DNA of 64,000 nucleotides, taken from an uncultured Bacteroidales bacterium (GTDB lineage Bacteria > Bacteroidota > Bacteroidia > Bacteroidales > VadinHA17). The notes beneath the pieces were generated by a model that made no database searches, was not told where the DNA came from, and was given only the letters and a program-made list of their open reading frames with translations. Position 1 is the first letter of the stretch, and each line of letters starts with the position of its first letter. Positions 39,837 to 51,982 of this stretch are shown here, piece by piece. A program made the position numbers and the translations under genes. The stretch spans positions 15,353 through 79,352 of the forward strand of contig CAWBYC010000005.1 in the NCBI GenBank assembly GCA_963792925.1, written 5' to 3'.

Positions 39837-41717
39837 ATGAACTTCGGTTTCCTCGCACGGTACGACGAACGCGGAGTCTCGTTTCAGCAGGTCGGGGAAC
39901 CGGCTGAAGCGCTACGCCGTTACTGTCGCACGCCGGCGATCAGAACGCCCGCGTCGTCTTTCTGGGCCGGCTGTATTATCGCGACGATCTCCGCCGCCGG
40001 TTTTCAGAACTGCGGCGGCCCGAACCGGCCGAGTCCGCCGCGGCGCACGTTTTGGCGGCCTATCGGCAGGCGGGCGCCGACGGATTGACGTGGATTGAAG
40101 GCGACTACGCCTTCGTGCTCTGGGATGCCCGCGAGCAGCGGATGTTTGCGGTCCGCGATCCTCAGGGGGGATTCCCGCTGTATTGGATACACGACGGTGA
40201 CGCCATTGCCGTCAGCAATGCGATGCGGCCGCTGGTCGACGTGTTACCGCACCGCAGGCTGGACCGCGATTACGTCGCCGAATACCTGATGCTTCCGGGC
40301 ACGGGAGTGCAAGAAGTCAACGACGAACACTGCGCCTATGAGGGAGTCCATCGCGTCCTGGCGGGCACGCGGCTCGAAGTTCGGCCCGGCGGACAGGCCA
40401 AACTGGTGCGTTGGTGGGACTGGCTCGATCAGATTGAAGAACCCGGTAGCCTGCAGCATGAGGCCATCGCCGCGAGGTTCGGTGAACTCTTCGCGGACGC
40501 CGTGCGGCAACGGCAGGTCGGCCGGACGGCGGCCCACCTTTCCGGCGGAATGGACTCGACGGCCGTCGCCCTCTTGCTGGCCCGGAATGCGCGAGAAGCG
40601 GGGGACGAACCCATCCACGGTCTCTCGCTGGTCTACGAACGTTTCAGTTTTCTGGCCCGCGAACGGCCCTTCGTGGAATGCGCGCTCGGAGAATCGGGGT
40701 TGAAATCGCATTTGTTGTCCGGCGACGAGCATCTCGGCTTCGAAGGCTACCGTGACGATGTGAATTCCGACGAGCCGGCACTGGTGCTGTATCAATCGAC
40801 GTCGAATCAGGCGATGCTGCGACACGCCGCCGACCTGGGCGCGCACACGCTCATGACCGGTTTGGGCGCCGACGAACTCATCGGCCAGCCGGCGTTCCAT
40901 CTGCACGAACTGCTCCGCCGGGGCCGCTGGCTGGCCGCCTGGCGGCGAGTCGGCCCGCTGGGCCAAAGAGGCCAACAGCAACCGCTGGAGCTTTCTCGGC
41001 ATGTTCGGGTTGAGGCCGCTGTTCCCTGCCCGATTGCGGGGCGGGCTGCGTTGCTGGTGGCGCGGCGGGCAGGTTCCGTGGGAAGAGCAGTGCGAGTTTA
41101 CGGTCGGTCCCTGGGTCCGTTCGGAATTCGCCCGCCGCTACGGACTGTGGAATCGGGCCGTCGCGCGACTCCGTCGAGTGACCCGCCGTTGCCGGCCTTT
41201 GGCCCGGTCGCTGACATTGGAATTTCTGGACTTAAACGTCGGGGACGCCTTGCGTTGGTCGATGGGCGTTCCGCGCGGCATCTTGACGGTTCATCCTTTT
41301 CGCGACCCGCGGCTGGTACGATTCTGCCTGGGGTTTCAAGGCCGCATCTGGGGGGACCCGACGCGGCAGAAGCCGATTCTGGCCGACGCCATTCCGGGCT
41401 TGCTCCCACCGGCGATCTGCGAGCGCCGTCGCAAAGGCCATTTCAACGAGATTTTCTTTGCCGGCCTTTCGCGGAATCTCCCGGTGCTGGAGGCCTTGGT
41501 TCGCAACTCCGCCGTGGACGATGACCTGTTCGACAAGCAGGAACTGCTGCGTTGTCTGCACAAAGGCGCGCTGGGCATCGCCGAGCATTCGCAAGGCGTG
41601 GACCGTTTGAACCTGACGTTGGGGCTGCTGAAGTGGCTCGCGGTCCAGAAGACGGCCCTGCAGAACGCTGGCCCGCCGTTGCAACCGCTGGATGCGATCC
41701 CATCGGCGACTGCCTGA
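39837..41717 (+). CDS. lasso peptide isopeptide bond-forming cyclase (asparagine synthetase B-like, C), frame-disrupted near 39950 and 40990
   Basis: The start is MNFGFLARYDERG. The N-terminal domain is LAAYRQAGADGLTWIEGDYAFVLWDAREQRMFAVRDPQGGFPLYW. The PP-loop is AAHLSGGMDSTAVALLLA. The C-terminal part lies in ORF 41001..41717 (HPFRDPRLVRFCLG...KPILADAIPGLLPPAICERRRKGHFN). Confidence 0.8.
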
Positions 41718-41939
41718 ACATCGCCATTCTCGCGGCGAATGCGGTTCGCGCTGCCGGTCCATTCCGACGCAATGCCGTCAGGACGCAAGACTTCGCATTC
41801 ACAGCGACCTCAACCGTCTCCGAACCGGCGCCATTGTGTGGGCCGTTGGGCGGCGGCCGATAGATGTTTTTTCCTTGGCGGCCTATGATGCGGTTGTCCG
41901 ATTTCGTCCCTCACGAATGAACTCGATGTCGCCGCCGTC

Positions 41940-43723
41940 ATGGAAACTCCGACTTCGCACTACACCGTTCTTGCCCGTCGCTTCCGCCCGCAGACATTTG
42001 ACGAAGTCATCGGGCAGCAGCACGTCGCGCAGGCGTTGAAGAACGCAATCTCCGGCGGCCGCGTGGCCCATGCCTACCTGTTCACGGGAGCTCGCGGCGT
42101 CGGAAAAACGTCGATGGCCCGCATTTTCGCGAAGGCGTTGAACTGTCCGAACGCCGTCGACGGCATCCCCTGCAACAACTGCGAAGTTTGCAACGGCGTC
42201 TCTGCCGGCAACGACGTGGACGTGATGGAAATCGACGGTGCGTCGAACAACGGGGTGGACAACATTCGCGACATCCGGTCGAACGTGGGCGTGAAGTCGA
42301 TGCGGTCCCGGCACAAAGTCTACATCATCGACGAAATCCACATGCTGTCCAAGCCGGCGTTCAACGCGCTGCTGAAGACGCTGGAAGAACCGCCGCCGAG
42401 CGTGCTGTTCGTATTCTGCACGACGGAGCCGCAGAAGATCCTCGACACAATCCTCTCCCGCTGCCAGCGGTTCGACTTCGCGTCGATTGAAACGCAGAAC
42501 ATCATTCAACGGCTGAAGGAAATCGCGGACGCGGAAGGCTACCAGGTTGAGCCGGACGCGCTGGAACTCGTCGCGCGGCGGGCCGGGGGGTCGATGCGGG
42601 ACAGCCAGTCGCTGTTCGATCAGTTGCTGGCATTCGGCAGCGAAACCATCACGGCGCAGGACGTGCACCGGCTGCTGGGGACGGCCGACGACGAACGGCT
42701 GCTGACTATCGCGCTGGCTCTCACCCGCCGCGACCGGGATGCGGCACTGCGGGAACTGGATGCCGCGTTAGCCGATGGCGTGCAGCTCGGCGAGTTGACC
42801 GACCAGTTGATCCATTTCTTCCGGGACCTGATGATCGTGGCGTCGAACGCGGAGAAGGTCGCGTTGCAGAGCGTCGCGGAAATTCGCCGGCCGGAGCTGG
42901 CCCCGCAGGCGGAATCGTGGGGACTGGCGACAATCGTCGCGGCGTTGCAGATTCTGGTGGAAGCGAAGGTCCGCATGTTCCGGCGCCGTATGCCCGCGCG
43001 ATGGCCGAACTGGCGCTGGTGCGGATCACGCTACTGGAGAACCTGGAAAGCCTGGCGGGGCTGATTCGCGGCCTGACGTCGGGGGATGGATCGCAAGGCC
43101 GAACGCCGCAGCCTTCGCAGACTCCCGCCTCATCACGTTCCGCCCCCGCACGTTCCCCACTCCCCGAACGCCCCGCGACCGGCAACCGCGCCTTGCATGG
43201 GGCGGCGGCTCCGTCAATGGCCAGCAGCCTCCGTGCCGAAGATTCCTCAAAATCACTATCCGCAGTCCAAGTTTCCACCGCGCAAGTGCAGTCCCCACCC
43301 CACATTGCGATCGCGGTGCGGCCCGGCAACGAAGATCGCGTCTTGTCGCAACTCGCTGAAAACACAGATGATGCGTCACGGGCTCACCTGAAATCCGTGT
43401 CAATAGCAATTTCCGGGCCAAATCAGGTGGATTTATTGTTCGCGCCAAGCTATCATTTCTCGAAATCGTACTGTGACCGATCGGAAATCCGCGGCCGCTT
43501 CGAGTCGATCCTCACCGAAGCGGCCGGGAAACCGGTCAAAGTCAACATTCGGATCGACCCCACCGAACCAACCGCGGAAAGCCCAAAACGAGACAACACC
43601 CAACCCGACCCGCCGGCCCGCACGAGAACTGTCGAACTGTCTCAAGCCGACGCCGACCCGTTCGTGCAGCAAGCCGTTTCGATCTTCGGCGGGACGATCA
43701 AGCAAGTCGATCGGATCGGATGA
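41940..43723 (+). CDS. dnaX: DNA polymerase III subunits gamma/tau, one frame change near 42980
   Basis: [57 protein letters not shown] and the Zn module CNNCEVC are present, with SRCQRFDF. The C-terminal half lies in ORF 42917..43723. Confidence 0.9.
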
Positions 43724-43728
43724 CAGAA

Positions 43729-43818
43729 GTCGGGTGGGCTGTGCCCACCATCCTCGACCCAATGAGCGAAGAAAAACCGCGGAACTCAAGTATTGGCGGT
43801 GGGCACAGCCCACCCGAC
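43729..43818. repeat. palindromic REP-like element, family P3, second copy
   Basis: gtcgggtgggctgtgcccacc ... ggtgggcacagcccacccgac lies between dnaX and ybaB. Confidence 0.75.
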
Positions 43819-43847
43819 ACGGCTGAAATGAAAGGAACCCGACGCTG

Positions 43848-44211
43848 ATGTTCAAGAAAATCGGAAACATCTTCTCGCTGATGAAGCAGGCCCAGGAAAT
43901 GCAGGGCCGCATGAGTGAGATGCAGGAGAAGTTGAAGCACGTCCGCGTCGAAGGAACGGCCGGCGGAGGCATGGTGACCGTCGAAGCCAACGGACAGCAG
44001 AAGGTCTTGAACGTGCGGATCGAAGATTCGCTGTTGAAAGACGGCGACAAGGAAATGCTTGAAGACCTGCTCGTGGGAGCCGTCAATTCGGCGCCTCGAC
44101 AAAGCCCGCGAAGCAGCCGCCGAGGAGATGGCCAAAATCACCGGCGACCTGAACCTGCCGGGGCTTGATGAAGCGATGGGAAAAGTGCGTTCGGACGGAG
44201 AGCAAGGATGA
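43848..44211 (+). CDS. ybaB: YbaB/EbfC family nucleoid-associated protein, frame change near 44090
   Basis: MFKKIGNIFSLMKQAQEMQGRMSEMQEKLKHVRVEGTAGGGMVTVEANGQQKVLNVRIEDSLL..DKEMLEDLLVGAVNSA is followed in the next frame by [24 protein letters not shown]. Confidence 0.85.
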
Positions 44212-44764
44212 AGTGCGACGACGTTCGGTCGCCTTGCAGAATTACTCGTACCACCAGAGATTCCGGTTCACAGTGAGGGTGATTGGGATCCCGGTAGAAA
44301 GTGCTTTGGGGCTCAGGCTACCACTGGACTATAAGTGCTATATCGAAGTCTTCGGTCAAGGCACGATTCGCGGCCGCGAGAATCGTGCCGGTCTCTATAT
44401 TGCCAGCTATCTGGCACCGAACCCTGCATTGCACGCGAGAGGATTTGCACAGTATTTCCAATCGATCGAGCCAATTCAATATGACGTTTACCCAACGACT
44501 CCGGGAGTACTCGGCTTCGGCTCATATGCAGATGAGGATTCACTCGCTTGGTACACAGTAGGGAAACCTGACAACTGGCCAATCATCTATCACGATGTTG
44601 AAACAGGGTTTCATGAAATTCGGGAAATGTCTCTGGTTCAATTGATTCTTTCGATTCTCGAAGGTTGTAGTCCCCTACAGGATGAAATCATTCGAAAGGA
44701 TGAACTGCTGAAGCCACACAAGTTTCATTCGAAAAACCTGAACATCGAATCGGTATTGATTTGA
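44165..44764 (+). CDS. SMI1/KNR4 (SUKH)-like protein, start uncertain
   Basis: [23 protein letters not shown]...[52 protein letters not shown] has the SUKH-1 pattern. The gene is visibly more AT-rich than its neighbours. Confidence 0.55.
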   Translation: MMKRWEKCVRTESKDEVRRRSVALQNYSYHQRFRFTVRVIGIPVESALGLRLPLDYKCYIEVFGQGTIRGRENRAGLYIASYLAPNPALHARGFAQYFQSIEPIQYDVYPTTPGVLGFGSYADEDSLAWYTVGKPDNWPIIYHDVETGFHEIREMSLVQLILSILEGCSPLQDEIIRKDELLKPHKFHSKNLNIESVLI

Positions 44765-44765
44765 A

Positions 44766-45394
44766 ATGTCTAGGAATGGTGAGTTCTCTCAACCGCACCC
44801 CTACGGGCCGTCGGTCGCGAATCTGATCGATCAGTTCGCCCGGCTGCCCGGCATCGGCCGAAGACGGCCGAGCGGTTGACGTACCACATTCTGGCCGCCC
44901 CGGAAGACGGAAGCCGCCAATCTGGCCGGACGCTTTGCGGACGGTGAAGACCGCGGTGCGTCCCTGCCGGCAGTGCTTCAACCTGACCGAAGGCGAAATG
45001 TGCGACATCTGTTCGGACGCCCGCCGGCAGACCGACGTGGTCTGCGTAGTCGAGCAGCCGCGGGACGTCACCGCACTGGAAGCGTCCGGCGTCTTCCAGG
45101 GGCTGTACCACGTGCTGCAGGGGAAGCTCTCCCCGCTGGACGGCATCGGACCGGAGAAACTGACCATCGACGCCCTCGTCAGGCGGGTCAACCGGGACGG
45201 CGTCACGGAACTCATCATGGCCACCAACCCGACACTGGAAGGCGACGGCACCGCCCTGTTCATCTCCAACATCCTCGCGAAGACTGCCGGTACGGATCAC
45301 CCGCCTGGCCCGCGGCATCGCCACCGGCAGCGTGCTGGAATTCGCCAACAAGGAAATGCTGGCGGACGCACTCCGCGGCCGGCAGGAGTTTTGA
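44766..45394 (+). CDS. recR: recombination protein RecR, frame-disrupted
   Basis: The start is [12 protein letters not shown]. The C4 finger is [18 protein letters not shown]. The Toprim part is [39 protein letters not shown]...[19 protein letters not shown]. The tail is [16 protein letters not shown]. Confidence 0.85.
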
Positions 45395-45557
45395 GAGTGA
45401 GCGATGATGGAAGTGAGCGGAATCGCCATGACAACGGACAATCGACGAGCGGAGTTCAATGATGCTGAGCAACGAGGCAGACCCCGATCACTCAATGCCG
45501 ACGACCCATGCCGGGCTCGTGCGCATCTCAGAGACGGATCACTGAGACGACCGAACG

Positions 45558-47041
<1,484 letters not shown>

Positions 47042-47140
47042 GCCGCCCGGTTTCCGGTGTTCGACAGTTCAACGGCGATTGGGAATGGCGATCGCCGCGG
47101 ATCGGCTTCACGGGGACCGGGAAATCGTCCCTCTTGGATT

Positions 47141-47505
47141 GGAGATACTACCGAATCGCGTCCCCGCGGTAGGCCGCGAAAATGACGCCCGGCTCGTCGG
47201 AATTGCCGAGCGAATAACTGCCGAGAACCCGCGACCGCGCGAACGTCCGCGGCGACGTCCCCGCGGATCTCCTTCAGAAGCGCCGGACGCAATCGCGGGT
47301 CGGGATAACGGCGGCGAATCACCTCCACCAGCAGGTCCTCGATTGTCGAAAACTCCCCGGCCTTGCCGCCGTCGGCAACCGGCCGCCGCGCTTCGACCGC
47401 CGGCCGTTCCTCCGCGACAGCCGCTTCGCAAACGGAGCCGGCGATCGCGGCAGTCGCCAGAGCGCGGCGGCTGAATTCACGGCGGGTCAGTTCTCCTGTC
47501 GACAT
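47141..47505 (-). CDS. small Tat-signal hypothetical protein, frame-disrupted
   Basis: [28 protein letters not shown] is a twin-arginine signal. The tail was reconstructed in another frame ([24 protein letters not shown]). Confidence 0.35.
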
Positions 47506-47577
47506 CAAGGCATCTCCGATTTCGGGTCTCGAACCGTCATCCCGCATCATAATCGGATGAAGCGAAAGCAACATAGG

Positions 47578-47881
47578 GGTCGGACCCAAAGTTGTGAATC
47601 GAAGCCTGACGCGGAAGCTTTAAAGTTGCGCCCTTCCGTCCCGAAGGGACGCCACGAAAATAGCCGAGCGATTCATCGCTCGATCGAGTACGGGAAAGCC
47701 GCGCAGTCCCGAAGGGATGACTGAACGCTTCAGCCGTCCCTTCGGGACTGTGGTTCCCGGGCGCGTCAAACCCGGCGATGAATCGCCGGGCTTCTGTCGA
47801 ACCGTCCCTCCGGGACGAAGAATTGCGCAACTTCAAAACTTGCGGGTCAGGCTTCGATATCGCAAAAGAAATGGTCCGAGC
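47578..47881. repeat. composite palindromic element: P1-like outer arms enclosing gtcccgaagggac-type sub-hairpins
   Basis: The outer arms are ggtcggacccaaagttgtgaatcgaagcctgacgcg and cgcgggtcaggcttcgatatcgcaaaagaaatggtccgagc. Inside are four copies of gtcccgaaggga / tcccttcgggac-type units and a ccggcgatgaatcgccgg hairpin. Confidence 0.7.
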
Positions 47882-47914
47882 AATCGCACGCTGCCTGTCG
47901 CGCACCGACGCTGA

Positions 47915-48337
47915 CTACGGCGACTCATCCAGCGGTTTCAGCACCGACACGCGCGATTCGCGGCCACGGTAAAACCGGGGCGTGCCGACCGCGACCAGTT
48001 TCCTCCCCCGAACTTCCGCTAACGAGGTCTGCTGGCCGACGGACATCCATTCGACGAATAACACGTCCTGTCGCACGTCGGTCCGCGCCAGGACGGTTCC
48101 GACTTCCGCGGTGACGTTGCGAACTCCGACGATCCGCCATTTGGCATTGGGGTTGCCCGAACGGAGCATGTATTCGAGTCTTGCAGGAGGGACGGCATCG
48201 GTAATCAGCAGGATCTGCGAGACATTGTCGCCGGTCTGCAGCTTCGCCCGCAGGGTCATCAACCGGGAATCGTCGGGGGGGGCCGAGGCCAGGCTCATCA
48301 CGCAGCCGATGATGGCCGCCGCCAACTGCCCCGTCAT
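47915..48337 (-). CDS. hypothetical exported protein
   Basis: MTGQLAAAIIGCVMSLASAPP is signal-like, and the ORF is intact. Its start overlaps the stop of the upstream gene (ATGA). Confidence 0.4.
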   Translation of the reverse strand: MTGQLAAAIIGCVMSLASAPPDDSRLMTLRAKLQTGDNVSQILLITDAVPPARLEYMLRSGNPNAKWRIVGVRNVTAEVGTVLARTDVRQDVLFVEWMSVGQQTSLAEVRGRKLVAVGTPRFYRGRESRVSVLKPLDESP

Positions 48338-49815
48338 CAGCGCCCCGACGCGATCTGCTTGCGAACTTCCTGATCGCCAACCCACCTCCGCAACCGCCAG
48401 CCGATCAACAGGGACACGCCAGCAATGCCGTGGCGACCGCCAGAATCGGCTCGGTCAAGGGAGAAGTGCCCAGTTCCCAACTGGGAAGCGCCGGCAGCAC
48501 CGCGAACATGGCAACCGTCAACAGAAACACTTCCCAGACGCTCGTTTGACGTTGCAGAATTGCGTCCACCGCGAAGGCAGCCAGGCCGACGCTGGGAACC
48601 AGCAGAAAGACATCCGGCAGCGTGCGGCCCGTTCCATGGCCGGCCGCCCAGCCCGGTGCGACCAGATGATAGCCGACCGCGACAATCAGCCAGGAAATCA
48701 GCAACGCCGGCGAACCCGCCGGCTGTTGCGCCGGACTTTGCGGAATCCCGGCCGCCGGCAAACGTCGCCGACCGATCGACGGGAGCCGTCCGACCCATCA
48801 ACAAGAGAAAAACGCCGAATATGCACAACGGCAGGATCGGGCCGATCACCACGCACAAGCGCACCGCACGCGACACGACCGGCGGAAAATCATAGGCCCG
48901 TGCGGGAACACCGCCGACGGCCGCCAGCGTGGGCGCTTCGTATCCCTGGAACCATTCGAACCAGACTTCGGCATCGGCCGCGGTCGCCCGCATCAACCAC
49001 CAGCCGCCGACCGCGAACGCCGTCAGAATCGCGACGCCGAGCGCGACGGACAGCCGCGGCGGTTTCCTCCCCGGACGTGCGAATTTGCCGTGCGCCGGCT
49101 GAGGGACGGGAAACGCGCGCTCCAGCGCGGGTTTTAACAGCAGCACCGCCAACACGGCAAAGGCAACCGGCCCTCCCGATAACAGGCAGAGTCCCAAAGC
49201 CGAGCCGGCGATCAGCAGCCAGATGCTGATGTCTCCCCGGCGCTGTCGAAAATGCCGCAGCCAGGCATCGAAGACCACCAGAACCAGGAACAACGTCAGC
49301 GCCGCGGGAGCGGTATTTGTCGCCACCAGCAACAGACTGCCGTTGGTCGATACGAGCACCGCCGCCCAGAATCCCTTCCGCGGACCGGCGACTTCGCGAA
49401 TCAGACGGAATGTCCACCATACGCAGCCGGCCGTCGCCAACAAGGGGACGATCAACGGAACGTGCATGATCGTCGGACCGAAGATCGCCATGATCGCCGC
49501 CGTCAGCCAGGTGGCCAGCGGCGGTTGCGACGACAAAACCGCGGTCCGCCCCGATTCCCCCGGATCAATGAAATCGACAAGGCTTCCCGATTGAAAGCAC
49601 GACAAGGCACGCAACGCCCACACCGAACTGAAATCGTCCATCCCGTGCCGTTCCAGCGCGATAAACCCCGGCAGTACCGCCAGCACGACGATTAACGGTC
49701 GCAGGCCCCGCGATTGTTCCAGCACCGGCAAGAGCGGCTCGGCGACGTCGGCCGACAGCGCGATGATGTCGTTGTCGTCCAGCAGAGAAGGGTTCTTTTC
49801 GGCAATTCCCGACAT
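48337..49815 (-). CDS. ArnT/PMT-like (GT39-type) integral membrane glycosyltransferase (putative), frame change near 48800
   Basis: The protein has many TM helices with a lipid-carrier glycosyltransferase-like layout. Examples are PLIVVLAVLPGFIALERHGMDDFSSVWALRAL, LATWLTAAIMAIFG and LLLVATNTAPAALTLFLVLVVF. The call rests on resemblance only. Confidence 0.45.
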   Translation of the reverse strand: MSGIAEKNPSLLDDNDIIALSADVAEPLLPVLEQSRGLRPLIVVLAVLPGFIALERHGMDDFSSVWALRALSCFQSGSLVDFIDPGESGRTAVLSSQPPLATWLTAAIMAIFGPTIMHVPLIVPLLATAGCVWWTFRLIREVAGPRKGFWAAVLVSTNGSLLLVATNTAPAALTLFLVLVVFDAWLRHFRQRRGDISIWLLIAGSALGLCLLSGGPVAFAVLAVLLLKPALERAFPVPQPAHGKFARPGRKPPRLSVALGVAILTAFAVGGWWLMRATAADAEVWFEWFQGYEAPTLAAVGGVPARAYDFPPVVSRAVRLCVVIGPILPLCIFGVFLLLMGRTAPVDRSATFAGGRDSAKSGATAGGFAGVADFLADCRGRLSSGRTGLGGRPWNGPHAAGCLSAGSQRRPGCLRGGRNSATSNERLGSVSVDGCHVRGAAGASQLGTGHFSLDRADSGGRHGIAGVSLLIGWRLRRWVGDQEVRKQIASGR

Positions 49816-49998
49816 GATTCGTCACGTTCGTATCGGGTTGAGAATCATTCTCGCGCCGGCCTGGTTCCCATTCCGGGATTCGCGTCCATGCGCAACCGGC
49901 ACCGGCGAGGCGGCGTGCGGTGGTTCAACGGCGATTCGGTTTCTCACCGGGGATGTCCCGATCGCGGAAACAGGTTCCACAAAGCACATGTTAAGTGA

Positions 49999-51855
49999 TC
50001 GCCCGGTGGTCGAATCAGCGCTATTAATCCTATAAATGCCTGCGGAAGTGTTCCGATCACTATTGACGGAAATCCGACAGGAGGTTCAGGCACCTGGTCA
50101 TCACATGTGTGGACCGGAGATGTTGGTCCTCTGAGCAATTATTTTGTCCAGGCTCCGGCTTTCAACTCACAGATAGCCGGAACATATGCACTGAACTACA
50201 GGGTGACCGATAACAATGGTTGCTATGGGACAGGCGATGTAACAGTTAATGTAGATGCTCCCGATGCGACCTTCACACTGGATAAGACAAACGGATGTAC
50301 ACCGGCTACTGTCACCTTCACGAAAGACATGACAGGCGTTGTTAAATTCTGGTGGAACTTCGGTGATGGCTCACCAAAAGACTCACTGAATGCAAATCCT
50401 GTCCATACGTTCTCAAATGTCAGTCCTTCATCGATTGTATACAATGATGTAACGCTGACAGTGAAGTCTCCGGGCGGTTGCCTTGATTCCTATACAGCTT
50501 CAGTGACTGTCTATCCGTCAATTGATGCAACGTTTACCGCAAGTCCGGCAATAGTCTGCAGCGGCAACCAGGTTGTATTCACAACATTGCCGGGTGCCAG
50601 CAAATATTTCTGGGACTTTGGTGACGGAGTGAGCGGATATTTCACAAATTCGACAAACCATCTGTTTACCAACCTCACGCTGGTACCGGTCGTACGCACT
50701 GTCACGCTTACAACGACATCGTTCTACAACTGCGTTGATATGCAGACCCTGCAGGTTACTGTCATGCCGGTTCCACTGCCTCAGTTTACCGGTTTCCCGG
50801 TCTCGCAGGCATACAATCCTTTGGGCAACCCGGTTACATTTACGAACACTACCAATCCGGGTACCTGGACATGGCTATGGAATTTCGGTGACGGAACGAC
50901 ATCAACTGACATGAATCCTGCTCATACCTATACCGTGTTAGGAACATTCGACGTGGTATTGAAAGTGACAAATGCAAACTGTGCCGACAGTGTCAAACAT
51001 ACTGTAACTGTTACGCCTCTGCCGCCTGTGGCTTCATTCGATCTGATACCATCGGGTTGCTCGCCATGGACGATTAATCTGAATAATACTTCACTCAATA
51101 CCGACACTCCGGGTACAACATATATGTGGGACTTCGGTGACGGAACCAGTTCAACGGCGAAGAATCCGAGTTACACCTACTTTACGCCGGGTCAATACAG
51201 GGTTGAGCTGGTGGTAACTGGTCCGGGCGGCACTTCCAACCTCTCTCAGGTTGTTAACGCCTATCCTTCACCGCTGGCTAATTTCCAGGTTTCCCCGACT
51301 GTTGTCTTTGCCAATGATGAACAGATAAGATGTTTCAACCTCACACAGGGAGCCGATTCATATCTCTGGGAGTTTGGAGACGGTGATACTTCGAAGGTTG
51401 CGGATCCTTACCATAAATATATGGAAGAAGGCACCTATGATATTACACTCTGGGCATATCTGCATAACGTGATCAATAATGAAACCGTCGTGTGCAGTGA
51501 CAAGTTTGTCTTATCGCCGGGAGTTATCGTTGAGCCTGCAGGAACCATAAGATTTTCAACAGTATTCACACCGAATTTATCGGGCGAAGTTGACATGGAT
51601 CATCTGCCAACGGGAGGTACCGAGATAGACCAGTTCTTCTTCCCGCCAATAAGGGAAAAGGTTATTGATTATAAGCTTCAGATCTTCAACAGGCTGGGTG
51701 TGCTGATATTCGAAAGTCACGATATCAACAGGCCATGGAATGGATACTACCATAACAAGCTTTGCACGCAGGGTGTTTATGTTTGGTATGTTGAAGGGAA
51801 GTATGCCAATGGTCAGCCATTCAAGAAGGTGGGGGATATAACGTTGTTGCATTAA
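49999..51855 (+). CDS. PKD-repeat protein with T9SS type B (gliding-motility CHU_C) C-terminal sorting domain, 5'-truncated at the block B/C junction
   Basis: The frame is open from 49999, and the ORF track starts at an internal GTG at 50107. Six W(N/D/E)FGDG PKD signatures are present. The C-terminus is FTPNLSGEVD...LQIFNRLGVLIFES...WNGYYHNKLCTQGVYVWYVEGKYANGQPFKKVGDITLLH. Confidence 0.8.
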   Translation, partial: SPGGRISAINPINACGSVPITIDGNPTGGSGTWSSHVWTGDVGPLSNYFVQAPAFNSQIAGTYALNYRVTDNNGCYGTGDVTVNVDAPDATFTLDKTNGCTPATVTFTKDMTGVVKFWWNFGDGSPKDSLNANPVHTFSNVSPSSIVYNDVTLTVKSPGGCLDSYTASVTVYPSIDATFTASPAIVCSGNQVVFTTLPGASKYFWDFGDGVSGYFTNSTNHLFTNLTLVPVVRTVTLTTTSFYNCVDMQTLQVTVMPVPLPQFTGFPVSQAYNPLGNPVTFTNTTNPGTWTWLWNFGDGTTSTDMNPAHTYTVLGTFDVVLKVTNANCADSVKHTVTVTPLPPVASFDLIPSGCSPWTINLNNTSLNTDTPGTTYMWDFGDGTSSTAKNPSYTYFTPGQYRVELVVTGPGGTSNLSQVVNAYPSPLANFQVSPTVVFANDEQIRCFNLTQGADSYLWEFGDGDTSKVADPYHKYMEEGTYDITLWAYLHNVINNETVVCSDKFVLSPGVIVEPAGTIRFSTVFTPNLSGEVDMDHLPTGGTEIDQFFFPPIREKVIDYKLQIFNRLGVLIFESHDINRPWNGYYHNKLCTQGVYVWYVEGKYANGQPFKKVGDITLLH

Positions 51856-51956
51856 AAAGGCGGCCCCCCTGCCCCCCTAAAGGGGGGTGGCTTTGGAGAC
51901 AGAACTGCCCCCCTGCCCCCCTGAAGGGGGGTGGCTTTAGAGATAAATTTAAATTT

Positions 51957-51982
51957 AAGCCCGTTGAGAGACGGGCTTTTTT
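51957..51982 (+). terminator. intrinsic terminator between convergent genes
   Basis: The hairpin aagcccgt tgagag acgggctt is followed by ttttt. Confidence 0.6.

Noticed and set aside
42960-43000. Programmed ribosomal frameshift in dnaX producing gamma and tau subunits.
   Set aside because: There is no A AAA AAG-type slippery heptamer at the frame change. The downstream frame carries the conserved remainder of the protein. Identical unprogrammed frame breaks occur in most neighbouring genes, so this is best explained as an indel error.
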